From assembly GCA_015233335.1 (NCBI GenBank), contig JADFXX010000001.1, positions 6,302 to 70,301 on the forward strand: a stretch of 64,000 bases of DNA. Reading direction: 5' to 3'. Position numbers and translations under genes: made by a program. Origin of the DNA: Candidatus Omnitrophota bacterium (GTDB lineage: Bacteria; Omnitrophota; Gorgyraeia; Zapsychrales; Fredricksoniimonadaceae). Below are positions 25,327 through 35,191 of this stretch, in pieces (position 1 is the stretch's first letter; each line of letters starts with the position of its first letter). A model generated the notes under the pieces. That model made no database searches. It had not been told where the DNA came from and saw only the letters and a program-made list of their open reading frames with translations.

Positions 25327-26324
25327 TTTTTGACTTTGTAGACTTTGTTCCAATATTCACTTAAATAACTGACCTTTTTATCTAACCAATTGCGATTGGC
25401 ACAATACCACCGAACAGTATCTGCGAGCCCGCGCTTAAGGTCGTACTCGGGCTTCCAAGCGAGATCCCGATGAATCTTGGTACAATTAATGCTGTAACGA
25501 AAATCATGACCCGGCCGGTCTTCTACAAACTGGATAAGATCTTCTGAACGGCCGAGAATTTTCAATATCAATCTTACAATGTCAATATTGTGGCGATAGA
25601 TATCAGAACCGATATTGTAGACTTCACCGATCTTCGCTTTCTGGACAACTGTCATGATTCCTCTCACACAATCGGCCACATAAAGCCATTCACGAACATT
25701 CATTCCTTTGGCATAGACAGGAACTTTTTGATGATTGAGGGCCTTGTAGATCACAACAGGAACAAGCTTTTCGGGATATTGCCATGGCCCATAATTATTT
25801 GATGCACGAATAATATTAACCGGCAATTTGTAGGTACGGGCATAAGCGCTGACTAGCATATCAGCCCCGGCTTTACTTACTGAATACGGAGAATTTGGAG
25901 AAAACGGCGACTTCTCGGTTGAACTTCCCTTGATCACATCACCGTAGACCTCATCAGTCGAGATATGGACAAATCTTTCTATTCCCTGATGACGGGCAGC
26001 CTCAAGCAGCGCTTGTGTGCCCAAAATATTGGTCTTAAGAAAAACCTGGCCTTCAAGGATACTACGGTCTACATGCGTCTCTGCGGCAAAATGGACTACA
26101 ATATCAGGACGGATCTTTTTGAATAAGGAATGGATAAGCACTGCATTACGGATGTCCACCTTATGGAATTTATAGTCACCCCAAACACTCTTCAAACGGG
26201 CCCGATCACCCGCATAGCTGATCGAATCCACGACTTCGACGGTATATTGATTGGCATACACCGCTTGACGGACAAATTCGCTGCCGATAAAACCTGCCCC
26301 GCCGGTCACTAGGATCTTCTTCAT
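25323..26324 (-). CDS. rfbB: dTDP-glucose 4,6-dehydratase
   Basis: KILVTGGAGFIGSEF.., the catalytic YSVSKAGAD motif, and size and collinearity with the RmlB family. Confidence 0.92.
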   Translation of the reverse strand: MKKILVTGGAGFIGSEFVRQAVYANQYTVEVVDSISYAGDRARLKSVWGDYKFHKVDIRNAVLIHSLFKKIRPDIVVHFAAETHVDRSILEGQVFLKTNILGTQALLEAARHQGIERFVHISTDEVYGDVIKGSSTEKSPFSPNSPYSVSKAGADMLVSAYARTYKLPVNIIRASNNYGPWQYPEKLVPVVIYKALNHQKVPVYAKGMNVREWLYVADCVRGIMTVVQKAKIGEVYNIGSDIYRHNIDIVRLILKILGRSEDLIQFVEDRPGHDFRYSINCTKIHRDLAWKPEYDLKRGLADTVRWYCANRNWLDKKVSYLSEYWNKVYKVKK

Positions 26325-27169
26325 AGTCTCAGTTCTCCTTGAACATATTTTTGCAAACTCTCATTCCAATCGGGAACATTAACACCAAGCGCTTGGGCTA
26401 TACGTCCATTAGACATTACGGAATATTTGGGCCTTTTGGCTTTAAGGGAAAACGAAGCCCCGCCAACCGGAACCACGGTTTTTCCTTTGATTCCCATAGC
26501 ATCAAAATAAGAAACAACCAACTGATAGCGGGACGCCTCCCCTGTATTTGTTACATGATATAAACCGGTCAGCCCCATCTTCAAAGCCCTGTCCGTTAAC
26601 TCAACAACGCTTGAAGCAAAGGTCGGCACTGATATTTCATCATCACAAATCCGTACAGTATCACTCTTTTCAATCCAGTTTTTGACTTTATATAAGAAAT
26701 TTTGACGGCCTGATCCGATTAGCCAGCTGACACGCAACAGCAAACTATCAGCCATTTCAATCACATGTTTTTCTCCGGCAAGCTTGCTTTGTCCATATAC
26801 ATTTAAAGGGCACGCGTCATCGTTCTCACAATAGGGACTAGTTTTATCACCGTTAAAGACATAATCCGTGCTGTAATGAACTAATTTAATATGAAGCTCC
26901 CTGCAGGAATGCGCTAGAAAGTCCAGAGCTTGGGCGTTAACAGCATACGCTAAAGCAGGGTTGTCCTCGGCATCGTCAACAAGGTTATAAGCCGTACAGT
27001 TGATAACCACATCCGGGCGAGTTTTACCTAAGATTGCTGTAATATTCTCTTTGCGGGTGATATCACAATCTCTTCGGTCTGCCGCAGCGAATGGAGTTTT
27101 AGTCCTTGTGAAATACCGTTGAAATTCCCCTCCCAGCTGGCCCCTTGAGCCCAGCACCAGGATTTTCAT
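26321..27169 (-). CDS. rfbD: dTDP-4-dehydrorhamnose reductase
   Basis: MKILVLGSRGQLG.. and YGQSKLAGE motifs, positioned between rfbC and rfbB. Confidence 0.9.
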   Translation of the reverse strand: MKILVLGSRGQLGGEFQRYFTRTKTPFAAADRRDCDITRKENITAILGKTRPDVVINCTAYNLVDDAEDNPALAYAVNAQALDFLAHSCRELHIKLVHYSTDYVFNGDKTSPYCENDDACPLNVYGQSKLAGEKHVIEMADSLLLRVSWLIGSGRQNFLYKVKNWIEKSDTVRICDDEISVPTFASSVVELTDRALKMGLTGLYHVTNTGEASRYQLVVSYFDAMGIKGKTVVPVGGASFSLKAKRPKYSVMSNGRIAQALGVNVPDWNESLQKYVQGELRL

Positions 27170-27738
27170 TAAAATGCTCCCTTTTCATAGACGAAATTAT
27201 TATCTGCATCATGCATCAATTGACCGCAAATATCTTTGGAAGAAAGCAGGGGTTGACTCACCGGCCAAATAATATTTATGGCCGGGTCATTCCATAAAAT
27301 ACTGCGCTCTAAGTCCGGGGCGTATTCATTAGAGCAATAATACATAATTTCTGCTTCGTCACTCAGCACACAAAAACCATGCGCAAATCCGCAGGGCACA
27401 TACAGCATCTTTTTGTTAGATTCCGACAAATGCTCACCAATCCAACGGCCGTATGTAGGAGAACCTTTGCGGATATCAACGACCACATCAAAGATTTCAC
27501 CGCGAAGCACGATCATTAATTTATCTTGGGCTTTAGGGTTAAGCTGGTAATGCAGTCCGCGCAGCACATGCTTTTGGGAACGGGATTGATTGACCTGCGT
27601 AAAGACCGTCTTTATTCCATGCTCTACGAATTCGGATGCCTTATAACGCTCGGTAAAGAATCCCCGCCCATCTAAAAAAACTTTAGGCTCGATAATAACA
27701 ACATCAGCTAAAGCAGACTTTTTAAACGTAAAAGGCAT
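27169..27738 (-). CDS. rfbC: dTDP-4-dehydrorhamnose 3,5-epimerase
   Basis: RGFFTE..SQKHVLRGLHYQ..GFAHGF cupin motifs of the RmlC family. Confidence 0.92.
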   Translation of the reverse strand: MPFTFKKSALADVVIIEPKVFLDGRGFFTERYKASEFVEHGIKTVFTQVNQSRSQKHVLRGLHYQLNPKAQDKLMIVLRGEIFDVVVDIRKGSPTYGRWIGEHLSESNKKMLYVPCGFAHGFCVLSDEAEIMYYCSNEYAPDLERSILWNDPAINIIWPVSQPLLSSKDICGQLMHDADNNFVYEKGAF

Positions 27739-27740
27739 TT

Positions 27741-28604
27741 TTACTCCTGTGCCAGCTTCTGTAAATAGTCCCCGTAAGGCGTTTTTATGGACCGGCCGAG
27801 ATTGTCAAGCTGTGATTTGTTAATATACCCCATGCTATAAGCAATTTCTTCAATACAAGCGATCTTAAGCCCTTGACGCTCTTCGACTGTTTTGACAAAT
27901 ACAGAGGCATCAATAAGAGATTCATGGGTACCGGTGTCAAGCCAGGCATACCCGCGGCCTAAACACTCAACTTTCAACTGACCTTTTTTAAGATAAATGT
28001 TATTAACATCAGTAATTTCAATTTCTCCGCGGGCGGATGGCTTAATACTCTTAGCTATATCAATGACCTGATTATCGTAAAAATAAAGTCCGGTGACCGC
28101 CCAATTTGAATGCGGCTTTTTAGGCTTTTCTTCAATGAGAATTGCACGGCCCGAGCTGTCAAATTGGACAACGCCATAACGACAGGGGTCCTTAACATAA
28201 TACCCAAAAACGGTTGCCCCCTGCTCAGTCAAAGCGGCACGCTTAAGTACATCGGAAAGTCCATGACCAAAGAAAATATTGTCTCCCAAAACCATGGCCA
28301 CATGATCACGACCGATAAAACTTTCACCAAGGATAAAAGCGTCAGCCAATCCGCGAGGTTGCTCCTGAACGATGTAACTGATATGAATACCTATTTGGGA
28401 GCCGTCATGAAAAAGGTTCTGAAATTGAGGGATGGCCTGGGCGGTGGAAACGATCAGAATATCTTTGATCCCGGCAAGGAGCAAAGCTGAAAATGGATAG
28501 TAGATCATCGGTTTGTCATAAACTGGAAGGAGCTGTTTACAAACAACCTTGGTAATTGGATACAGCCGCGTCGCATGCCCCCCCGCCAGAATGATCCCTT
28601 TCAT
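27741..28604 (-). CDS. rfbA: Glucose-1-phosphate thymidylyltransferase
   Basis: [47 protein letters not shown], as in the RmlA family. Confidence 0.92.
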   Translation of the reverse strand: MKGIILAGGHATRLYPITKVVCKQLLPVYDKPMIYYPFSALLLAGIKDILIVSTAQAIPQFQNLFHDGSQIGIHISYIVQEQPRGLADAFILGESFIGRDHVAMVLGDNIFFGHGLSDVLKRAALTEQGATVFGYYVKDPCRYGVVQFDSSGRAILIEEKPKKPHSNWAVTGLYFYDNQVIDIAKSIKPSARGEIEITDVNNIYLKKGQLKVECLGRGYAWLDTGTHESLIDASVFVKTVEERQGLKIACIEEIAYSMGYINKSQLDNLGRSIKTPYGDYLQKLAQE

Positions 28605-28645
28605 AGATAAAGCCCTCCCCTATACATTGTCATTAACAAAAGATA

Positions 28646-30331
28646 TCAATCAAACTGCTTGAACTTAACTCCTGATTTATACAAAACAAACTTAAATAGT
28701 GTCTTTAAAATATTCAGGCCATAAAGGATCGACGGCCATAATTTAATAGACGACGCTTCATCAAAATATCGTGTGCGGATGGGCACTTCTTCAATTTTCA
28801 TATATTTGACCACCCCCTGCACAATGATCTCAGTATCAAAAACAAACCCATCGGAGTTAGATTCAAAATTAACGGATCTTAGGAATTTAGCGCTGTAGGC
28901 CCTGAAACCGGAATGATATTCGGTTAAATAAATACCTAAAATAACATTCTCAAGCGCGGTTAATAAAATATTGGCGTTATGCTTCCATAACGGCATCCCA
29001 CCTTCAAGCGCCCCGCCTTTCATCATGCGTGAACCAAACACCGCTTCGGCCCTTCCTGCCTTGATCGGTTCAATGAGCTGAGTGATCGCGGTCGGATCAT
29101 ATTGATAATCGGGATGCAACATAACAACAATATCTGACCCTGAAGCCAACGCATTTTTATAGCATGTTTTCTGATTACCTCCGTACCCGGTATTTTTGTC
29201 ATGAACAAAGACCTTGAGCCCTAAACTGCGAGCCAAGTCCGCCGTATTATCCCGGCTTGCGTCGTCAACCAAGATAATTTCATCAACCCCGGGCGGAATA
29301 TCCGCCAATGTGCGTTTCAACGTTGAGGCCGCGTTATAAGCCGGCAGGACAACGCATACTTTCATAGTTGGTCTTGGCGCATCAGTCTCTGTGACAGATT
29401 CTAATTCGTGAAGATATTTTAATTGGCGGCTTTTACGGGCAAATATTTCGATCTGATCCCCCAGATCAACGCAAAATAATTTATTGGCCAAAGCGGGCCA
29501 TTGATCTAATAAATGACGAATGAACCCGAAAGCCGGCTTATATATGATCAAATTAGTAACCCAATAATACAGCGTAAATGTCCTGGCATGGGAACGGATC
29601 TTAAAAGGAAAAAATCCTGTTGCTTTAAAAAGCGCACTTAAACTGTTTTTATTAAAATAAAACAAATGGGACTGTTTAATACCCCACCACTTGGCCCCTA
29701 ATATTTTGCTGGCGGAACTGTCAATATCAGGGGTATTACAACATATGATACCGGATGGTTTTAATATATGCCTTATTTGTTCCAACGTCTCTTTAGGGTC
29801 TGTCAGATGTTCAATAACATCCTTAAGAATAACGGCATCGAAGAAATTAGCGGGATAACGGGCTTCCTTCAATGTCCCTTGGGTGACATTAGGCAGGTGT
29901 AATGTGTTCTTTGCATAATCGACAGCCCAAGATGAAAGCTCAACCCCATAAACCTCCCAGCCCCAACGACGGGCTTGATCTAAAAGAAAACCTGCGGCAC
30001 ACCCCACATCCAGTATCCTTCCGGTCTTGCCTATCTTTTTTAAATATTTTAAAATAGAATCCGCTGACCGGCGCCGCCCTTCCTCCTGTTCAAAATAAAA
30101 ATCATCGGACATGGTGCTATAATTTTCATGAATGCTCACTTCGTCTGCCTGGGGATTCATATAAATCAGACCACATTTACAGCACTTAACTATGCTTACG
30201 GACAGGTCAACGCTATGATCTGTAATTTTATAGGAATTCTGACCCGGCCTGCCTTGTTCTTTATGAAGAGTCCCATAGACTACCGTATAATGGTTGGCCC
30301 CGCATAAATTACACAAAACCTTAACGGACAT
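28646..30331 (-). CDS. Fusion protein with a Zn-ribbon, a class I SAM methyltransferase and a GT2 polyprenyl-phosphate glycosyltransferase (DPM1/ArnC/GtrB-like)
   Basis: CNLCG..CCKCG cysteine pairs. Methyltransferase motif I ILDVGCAAGFLL. C-terminal half VVLPAYNAASTL..VDDASRDNT..NTGYGGNQK..HPDYQYDP. Start set at MSVKV (30331), which has AGGAG 5 nt upstream. Confidence 0.75.
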   Translation of the reverse strand: MSVKVLCNLCGANHYTVVYGTLHKEQGRPGQNSYKITDHSVDLSVSIVKCCKCGLIYMNPQADEVSIHENYSTMSDDFYFEQEEGRRRSADSILKYLKKIGKTGRILDVGCAAGFLLDQARRWGWEVYGVELSSWAVDYAKNTLHLPNVTQGTLKEARYPANFFDAVILKDVIEHLTDPKETLEQIRHILKPSGIICCNTPDIDSSASKILGAKWWGIKQSHLFYFNKNSLSALFKATGFFPFKIRSHARTFTLYYWVTNLIIYKPAFGFIRHLLDQWPALANKLFCVDLGDQIEIFARKSRQLKYLHELESVTETDAPRPTMKVCVVLPAYNAASTLKRTLADIPPGVDEIILVDDASRDNTADLARSLGLKVFVHDKNTGYGGNQKTCYKNALASGSDIVVMLHPDYQYDPTAITQLIEPIKAGRAEAVFGSRMMKGGALEGGMPLWKHNANILLTALENVILGIYLTEYHSGFRAYSAKFLRSVNFESNSDGFVFDTEIIVQGVVKYMKIEEVPIRTRYFDEASSIKLWPSILYGLNILKTLFKFVLYKSGVKFKQFD

Positions 30332-32237
30332 ACGCTCCTTTCGAAACCTCAGGCACATCGATCCTAAACCTGCCCAAGGCATCCTTGGAGTTAGTGGAAA
30401 ACAATTTCCCTGTTTTAAAGTCAAAAAACCCGATCATGAGGCTCTTCAGGCGTCCTTTGAACTTGGGTGGAATAGAAATATACTGATGCTCTTCGATCAA
30501 CTGATTCTTTTGCCACGCCTGTGTCGGCCATATTCTATAGCATAATGGTCGATATTGTCTACCCAATAGACGACCATTTTTATCTATAAAATCTATAAAC
30601 AGATTGATATCTTTGAATTCATGCCGCAAAAGCTTCCAATAAAAAATCACTTCCATGCGGTCTAAACGAAGGCTTAAACCATAACCGTACATCTTTATAG
30701 ACTGGTCGATCAGCCAATCAGCAGAATTGGAAGGCAGCTTTCGATCATCGACAAAATTATATAAAGGATATCTATTTGGAATACCTTTTTTAAATAAAAC
30801 AACGGTGTTTTGGACGTCCATCGTGCCCCATGACCCCTGCTTGAGAAACGCGTTGATGTTGCGATAATTATCAAGCCGGTAAAATTGGGACACCATTAGA
30901 AAATCATTGAAATCAATAAGAGCATATTGAACTTGATCAGGCAGATGAAACAGCTTTCTGGACAAAGTATAGAAACCCGAATAGACATAATGGAAAGAAT
31001 AAAGCTGATAATGATGGGACAAATGAGAAAGGTATTTGAATGTCGTAACAACCGCGGCATCAGGCGGGATTTGTTTTAGCAAAATTTCATTGCGCAAAGA
31101 CCTGAAATTGGAAAAATAGGACTTCCCTTCCCGGATCATATGAAAATGAGGTCCTATAGCAAAGTTAACCGCTAAAGCATTAAAAAGGAATATGTAGATT
31201 AAATATTTAAATTTTGGGCCAAGCTCGAAAATTTTTTTTATACCAAATATGACGCCGATAAAAATAAACGGGATGAGCTCTGCCGTATAGTGAAAATGCA
31301 AACTCACCTCCTGAAGCCTGACCGACAACAAATGCTGCAAAAATATCAAAAAAACCGGCAGTAATGTTAACGGAGCAAACAAAGGGATGAATGTCACACT
31401 GTCAAAAAGCTGGATCAAATAATGTATTTTGTTGGGTTCTAACAGGATGCTAAGCACACGGACCGGATGCAATACACATGTTTTAGCCACAGCACCTAAA
31501 GAGTTCCCCAAAGGGGCATAAATATTAAAGAAATCCAAGATATTTTTGTTAAAAGTTGGCAAAATAATATAAACACATAAAAGAAAATAGAAAAACCCCA
31601 AACCGGCAGGCCACACCACCCATTTTAATTTCCGTTTTAAAAACAACGCATATACCCCCCACATGAAGAATATTAGTGAAATGTTTTCTTGGCATAAGAC
31701 AGATAAAAGCATGAAAACACTGAACATTGAAAAATTTTCAACAAAAAAATAATAGGCCGCAGATAAAAGAAAGAAAACAGCAAAGGCCGTCGGATGGAAC
31801 TCATATAAATTGGTAAAACCTAGTCCCGGGAATAACAGGTAAATAAGACATATAATCAAAGACACTTGAAGGTCAAGATAAACCCTGGCCAGACGATAGA
31901 GAGGAAAGATTCCGGCAGCCAGAAATGCAGTCTGTAAAAAGAGTAAAAACAACGGATGAGGGATAACCCAATAAAAAGGTGCGATTAAAAAGGAAATGAA
32001 ATGGACATGATTACCTAAGAAATCAATCCCCAGAATGCTGTTAAAGATTCGGCCATGCAGGATATTCCAGATAATTTGGTCGTGAATGGCCAGATCAAAA
32101 TCGTTATAGACAAAATAATGAAACTTGAGCGCACACCATGAAAAAAACAAGATCACATAGGCCAAAAACATGCCAAAAAGACAGACTTGTGCCATCTTTT
32201 CCCTGCGTTTCAAGCTTTTTTCTTGAGGCAAGGTCAT
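30321..32237 (-). CDS. DUF2079-family polytopic membrane protein, paralogue 3, with a ~150-aa C-terminal extension
   Basis: NDFDLAIHDQIIWNILHG..FLGNHVHFISFLIAPFY and YALIDFNDF.. match the pattern of the two plus-strand paralogues. It overlaps the MTase-GT2 start by 11 nt. The start could be 32237 (MTLPQ) or 32264. Confidence 0.7.
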   Translation of the reverse strand: MTLPQEKSLKRREKMAQVCLFGMFLAYVILFFSWCALKFHYFVYNDFDLAIHDQIIWNILHGRIFNSILGIDFLGNHVHFISFLIAPFYWVIPHPLFLLFLQTAFLAAGIFPLYRLARVYLDLQVSLIICLIYLLFPGLGFTNLYEFHPTAFAVFFLLSAAYYFFVENFSMFSVFMLLSVLCQENISLIFFMWGVYALFLKRKLKWVVWPAGLGFFYFLLCVYIILPTFNKNILDFFNIYAPLGNSLGAVAKTCVLHPVRVLSILLEPNKIHYLIQLFDSVTFIPLFAPLTLLPVFLIFLQHLLSVRLQEVSLHFHYTAELIPFIFIGVIFGIKKIFELGPKFKYLIYIFLFNALAVNFAIGPHFHMIREGKSYFSNFRSLRNEILLKQIPPDAAVVTTFKYLSHLSHHYQLYSFHYVYSGFYTLSRKLFHLPDQVQYALIDFNDFLMVSQFYRLDNYRNINAFLKQGSWGTMDVQNTVVLFKKGIPNRYPLYNFVDDRKLPSNSADWLIDQSIKMYGYGLSLRLDRMEVIFYWKLLRHEFKDINLFIDFIDKNGRLLGRQYRPLCYRIWPTQAWQKNQLIEEHQYISIPPKFKGRLKSLMIGFFDFKTGKLFSTNSKDALGRFRIDVPEVSKGAYVR

Positions 32238-32239
32238 GT

Positions 32240-33535
32240 TTATTCCCTTTGACCGATCGCACAAAATACTAAAAAAATAACAGTCGGTGCTAATAGATAT
32301 AACAAACGGTTAAAAGACACGCTTAACAACCATTCTAACTTAAGACCGCTCGCCGCAAAGACAAAAAAATTAAAAATAATAAAAAAAGCTATAAATCTTG
32401 CCAGCAGGCATTGAGGCTCTTTTACACTCCATTGCCTTAATATTAAAACAGCCATTGCCAAAAGCCATAAGCCCCCCCAATTGAGGTCGCTCAATGAAGC
32501 CCACGCAAATTGGCCTATCAAAACCCATTTCGGCCAAATCCACAAACCCGGTAAAAAAACATCGTACGTATTATAACGCAGGAAAGAAATCTCAAAAATC
32601 TTCATTAATACTGCTGAGACTAAAAAGACCGTAAATCCCCAGCTTAAAGGCCTGATAAAAATACTAGCCCCTGTTTTATACAGCCGGATGACAACCAATA
32701 TAAACAACAAAACTGAAGCTAATAGACTGTTATCCTTGACACAAGCCGTTAACCCCAAACATAGACCTGCCAATACAGCGGTATTAACGGCCGGGGCCTT
32801 CAATAAATCTGCCGCCAGAACACTCGACAATAAAATAAAGTACGCGGCCAGGATGTCCGCATATTGGCTTGTGCCATGGTATATGTAAATTGGAATCGAT
32901 GCCAAGAATATGCCGCCGAGTACAGAAGAAAAAAATGACACATGCCTTTTTAAAGCCCCGATCAAAAGGCCCACCGTTCCTATTGTAAATATAATCCCAA
33001 TAACAGCCGGTACGAGGGCCTGTGGAACCGGATTAAAACTCCAACCCCATATGATCATCAATGGAAGCATCCAGGGATGATGTGCCTGTATGTTAAATTC
33101 AAAAAGGCGTTGCCATTGGCTTCCTGACTTAAATAAAAAATTGGCATGATAATTCCAATAAGCCCACCCGTCCCAATCCCCCCAAGGACGGATGACGGCC
33201 ATTAAAGAGGCTGTCCCCAAAACTAGACATAAAATTAAAAAAATAGATACCCCTTGCGATACAGTAAAAGAAAAAACCGGCCGGCACCTTGATACATGAT
33301 AACGGCTTAAAATAAATAAAGCGCATAAGCATAAAAGATGCCCCTGAATGATAGCCATGGGATCAATACGGCCCAGAATCAATAACGTATAAAAAACGAT
33401 TTGTGCGCTGATCCCGAGACCTAATCCTGTCATCGAAAAAATATCCATAATATCAATGGCCTCGGAAGCATTTTTAAAAAAACTCAAAACAAAATACCCT
33501 GTCAATGAGGAAATTAATAAAGCAAACAATCCCAT
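32240..33535 (-). CDS. Polytopic membrane protein (431 aa), possibly a GT-C or O-antigen polymerase/ligase-like protein
   Basis: About 11 hydrophobic segments and an aromatic loop RPWGDWDGWAYWNYH. I recognise no diagnostic motif. Confidence 0.45.
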   Translation of the reverse strand: MGLFALLISSLTGYFVLSFFKNASEAIDIMDIFSMTGLGLGISAQIVFYTLLILGRIDPMAIIQGHLLCLCALFILSRYHVSRCRPVFSFTVSQGVSIFLILCLVLGTASLMAVIRPWGDWDGWAYWNYHANFLFKSGSQWQRLFEFNIQAHHPWMLPLMIIWGWSFNPVPQALVPAVIGIIFTIGTVGLLIGALKRHVSFFSSVLGGIFLASIPIYIYHGTSQYADILAAYFILLSSVLAADLLKAPAVNTAVLAGLCLGLTACVKDNSLLASVLLFILVVIRLYKTGASIFIRPLSWGFTVFLVSAVLMKIFEISFLRYNTYDVFLPGLWIWPKWVLIGQFAWASLSDLNWGGLWLLAMAVLILRQWSVKEPQCLLARFIAFFIIFNFFVFAASGLKLEWLLSVSFNRLLYLLAPTVIFLVFCAIGQRE

Positions 33536-33539
33536 GATG

Positions 33540-33989
33540 TCACAACCCCTTCATTCTAAATAACAATGAAACGCCTTTGAAAGATTTGAAAATCATATAA
33601 GGACCTAATCTTTTATGAATCTGTTTTGATGTGGGTTCATCCGGGCACTGGTAAATAATGGCGCGATAATCAAGCGGATGAAAATAGTCCAAAATTGTGG
33701 GTGAAAGTACAAATTGGGCCTGTTGATACGGCCCCATAATCGCTGTATCTATCAAAGGATTGGAAGAGTGCAGGCATGTCATATAACCGGCTGTCGGAGT
33801 ACCTTTGAGATAAGGGGACAGGGGGGCAAACTCCCGTCCTATTAAGCTGACATGATGTGTTTTAAGGATATGGACAAAATAAAATAAACGCGGCAGTTGA
33901 TTGAAAAGGTTAAAAAACGTCAAAAATACAACGATGAATAATATTAAAGACCGTAAGCTCTGATGATTGAAGTTTATTTTGAAAAACAT
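33540..33989 (-). CDS. Single-pass membrane protein (149 aa) of unknown function
   Basis: N-terminal TM segment LILFIVVFLTFFNLF. Tightly packed between two polytopic membrane protein genes, with a 16-nt overlap upstream. Confidence 0.45.
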   Translation of the reverse strand: MFFKINFNHQSLRSLILFIVVFLTFFNLFNQLPRLFYFVHILKTHHVSLIGREFAPLSPYLKGTPTAGYMTCLHSSNPLIDTAIMGPYQQAQFVLSPTILDYFHPLDYRAIIYQCPDEPTSKQIHKRLGPYMIFKSFKGVSLLFRMKGL

Positions 33990-35191
33990 AAAATCTTAAA
34001 AAACCAACCGCATATAAAAACCCAAAGAGGGAATCTTAAAAGATTTGTAATGACATGATCTTTGATCAACTGTCCTAAAGTTAACGTGGGAGGTTCTGCG
34101 CTAATAAAAGCACCCATATAAGGTGCTACAAAAGGCCTATACGAGTATTCTATAAGAAAAAGAATCGTCACATAAAATAAAAAAGGAAATAACATTTTAT
34201 CTTCGGTTATGATCAAAAATGGTAAAACCCATATGAAGTATTGCGGACCAAAACCCGGTATCAGAAAAAGTACTGCCAAATAGATCAATACAGATCCTTT
34301 AAATAGATCCGAGTTGGCAGTTTTAAATAAATACAACAAGAAAACAACCGCCAGCAGTACCCCTGCCCCATGGATGATATAAAAATGGACTAAAATCATT
34401 ATTGCTTTGGCATGCCAAATCGCACTTAAACCCGTAAATCCCCACCATCCGGGAATCCCTTGGTATTGAAAAAAATTCCTAAATAAAACATTTCTTTCCT
34501 GAAAGTAGATCGGCATTAAAGATAAGATTAAGGGCATGACCGACAGTAAAAAATAAATAATCTGTCCCTTCAAGGTCTTAATTTTCTGCAAAATAAGCGG
34601 AAGGACAAAGATCGGCCATATTTTCGACATGATGGCGATACCGAGCACAAATGAAGAACAATAGATGGCCACCCATTGTGTTTCTTCAAAACGAATAAAT
34701 AGATATAAAGAAAAGAGAAGGCAAGCGGCCGGGATCGAAACCAAGTTGCCATGTACACTAGTTATGATTATTGAAACAGGGTTTAAAGCCCAAAATAATG
34801 CCGCGCTGATTGAACGTTTATTTCCAACCTTAAATTCTTTAAAAAAAATAAGGTAAATAAGCAGGGTTATTATGCCGTCGGAAATGATGGGGAGAATTTT
34901 AACTAATACATGAGGCGGTAAGGCAATATGAAAGAAATATAATATTTGACCTAAATGGTAAACGGCCCCCACCCAAAACGGCGATTGATTAAAAACGATA
35001 CTTTGAGAAAAGGGGCTATTCCCTTGCCCTAACAGGGATACAGCAGAAACCATCGCCTGAACATCTTGGGTGCCAAAGACCTTGACAGCCGGTAAGATTC
35101 GAACCGCCACACAAATAAAAAACAGGATGAACATCCATAACACATCCGGATGACTTTTAAATCCGGCAATGTCCTTCATCTCATTTTTCAT
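33974..35191 (-). CDS. Polytopic membrane protein (405 aa), GT-C-like candidate
   Basis: About 11 TM segments. Overlaps the nnrD stop by 11 nt. Function is inferred only from topology and context. Confidence 0.45.
   Translation of the reverse strand: MKNEMKDIAGFKSHPDVLWMFILFFICVAVRILPAVKVFGTQDVQAMVSAVSLLGQGNSPFSQSIVFNQSPFWVGAVYHLGQILYFFHIALPPHVLVKILPIISDGIITLLIYLIFFKEFKVGNKRSISAALFWALNPVSIIITSVHGNLVSIPAACLLFSLYLFIRFEETQWVAIYCSSFVLGIAIMSKIWPIFVLPLILQKIKTLKGQIIYFLLSVMPLILSLMPIYFQERNVLFRNFFQYQGIPGWWGFTGLSAIWHAKAIMILVHFYIIHGAGVLLAVVFLLYLFKTANSDLFKGSVLIYLAVLFLIPGFGPQYFIWVLPFLIITEDKMLFPFLFYVTILFLIEYSYRPFVAPYMGAFISAEPPTLTLGQLIKDHVITNLLRFPLWVFICGWFFKILCFSK

Noticed and set aside
30332-30424. N-terminal ORF-track extensions of several genes: 30332-30424, 8946-9035, 16160-16213, 20179-20244, 25327-25353, 37060-37086, 52095-52118 and 62767-62826.
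   Set aside because: The extensions overlap upstream genes, lack RBSs and precede the conserved N-terminal motif or signal peptide. I preferred the internal start codons, which have SD sites or ATGA-type coupling. The exact starts remain unverified.
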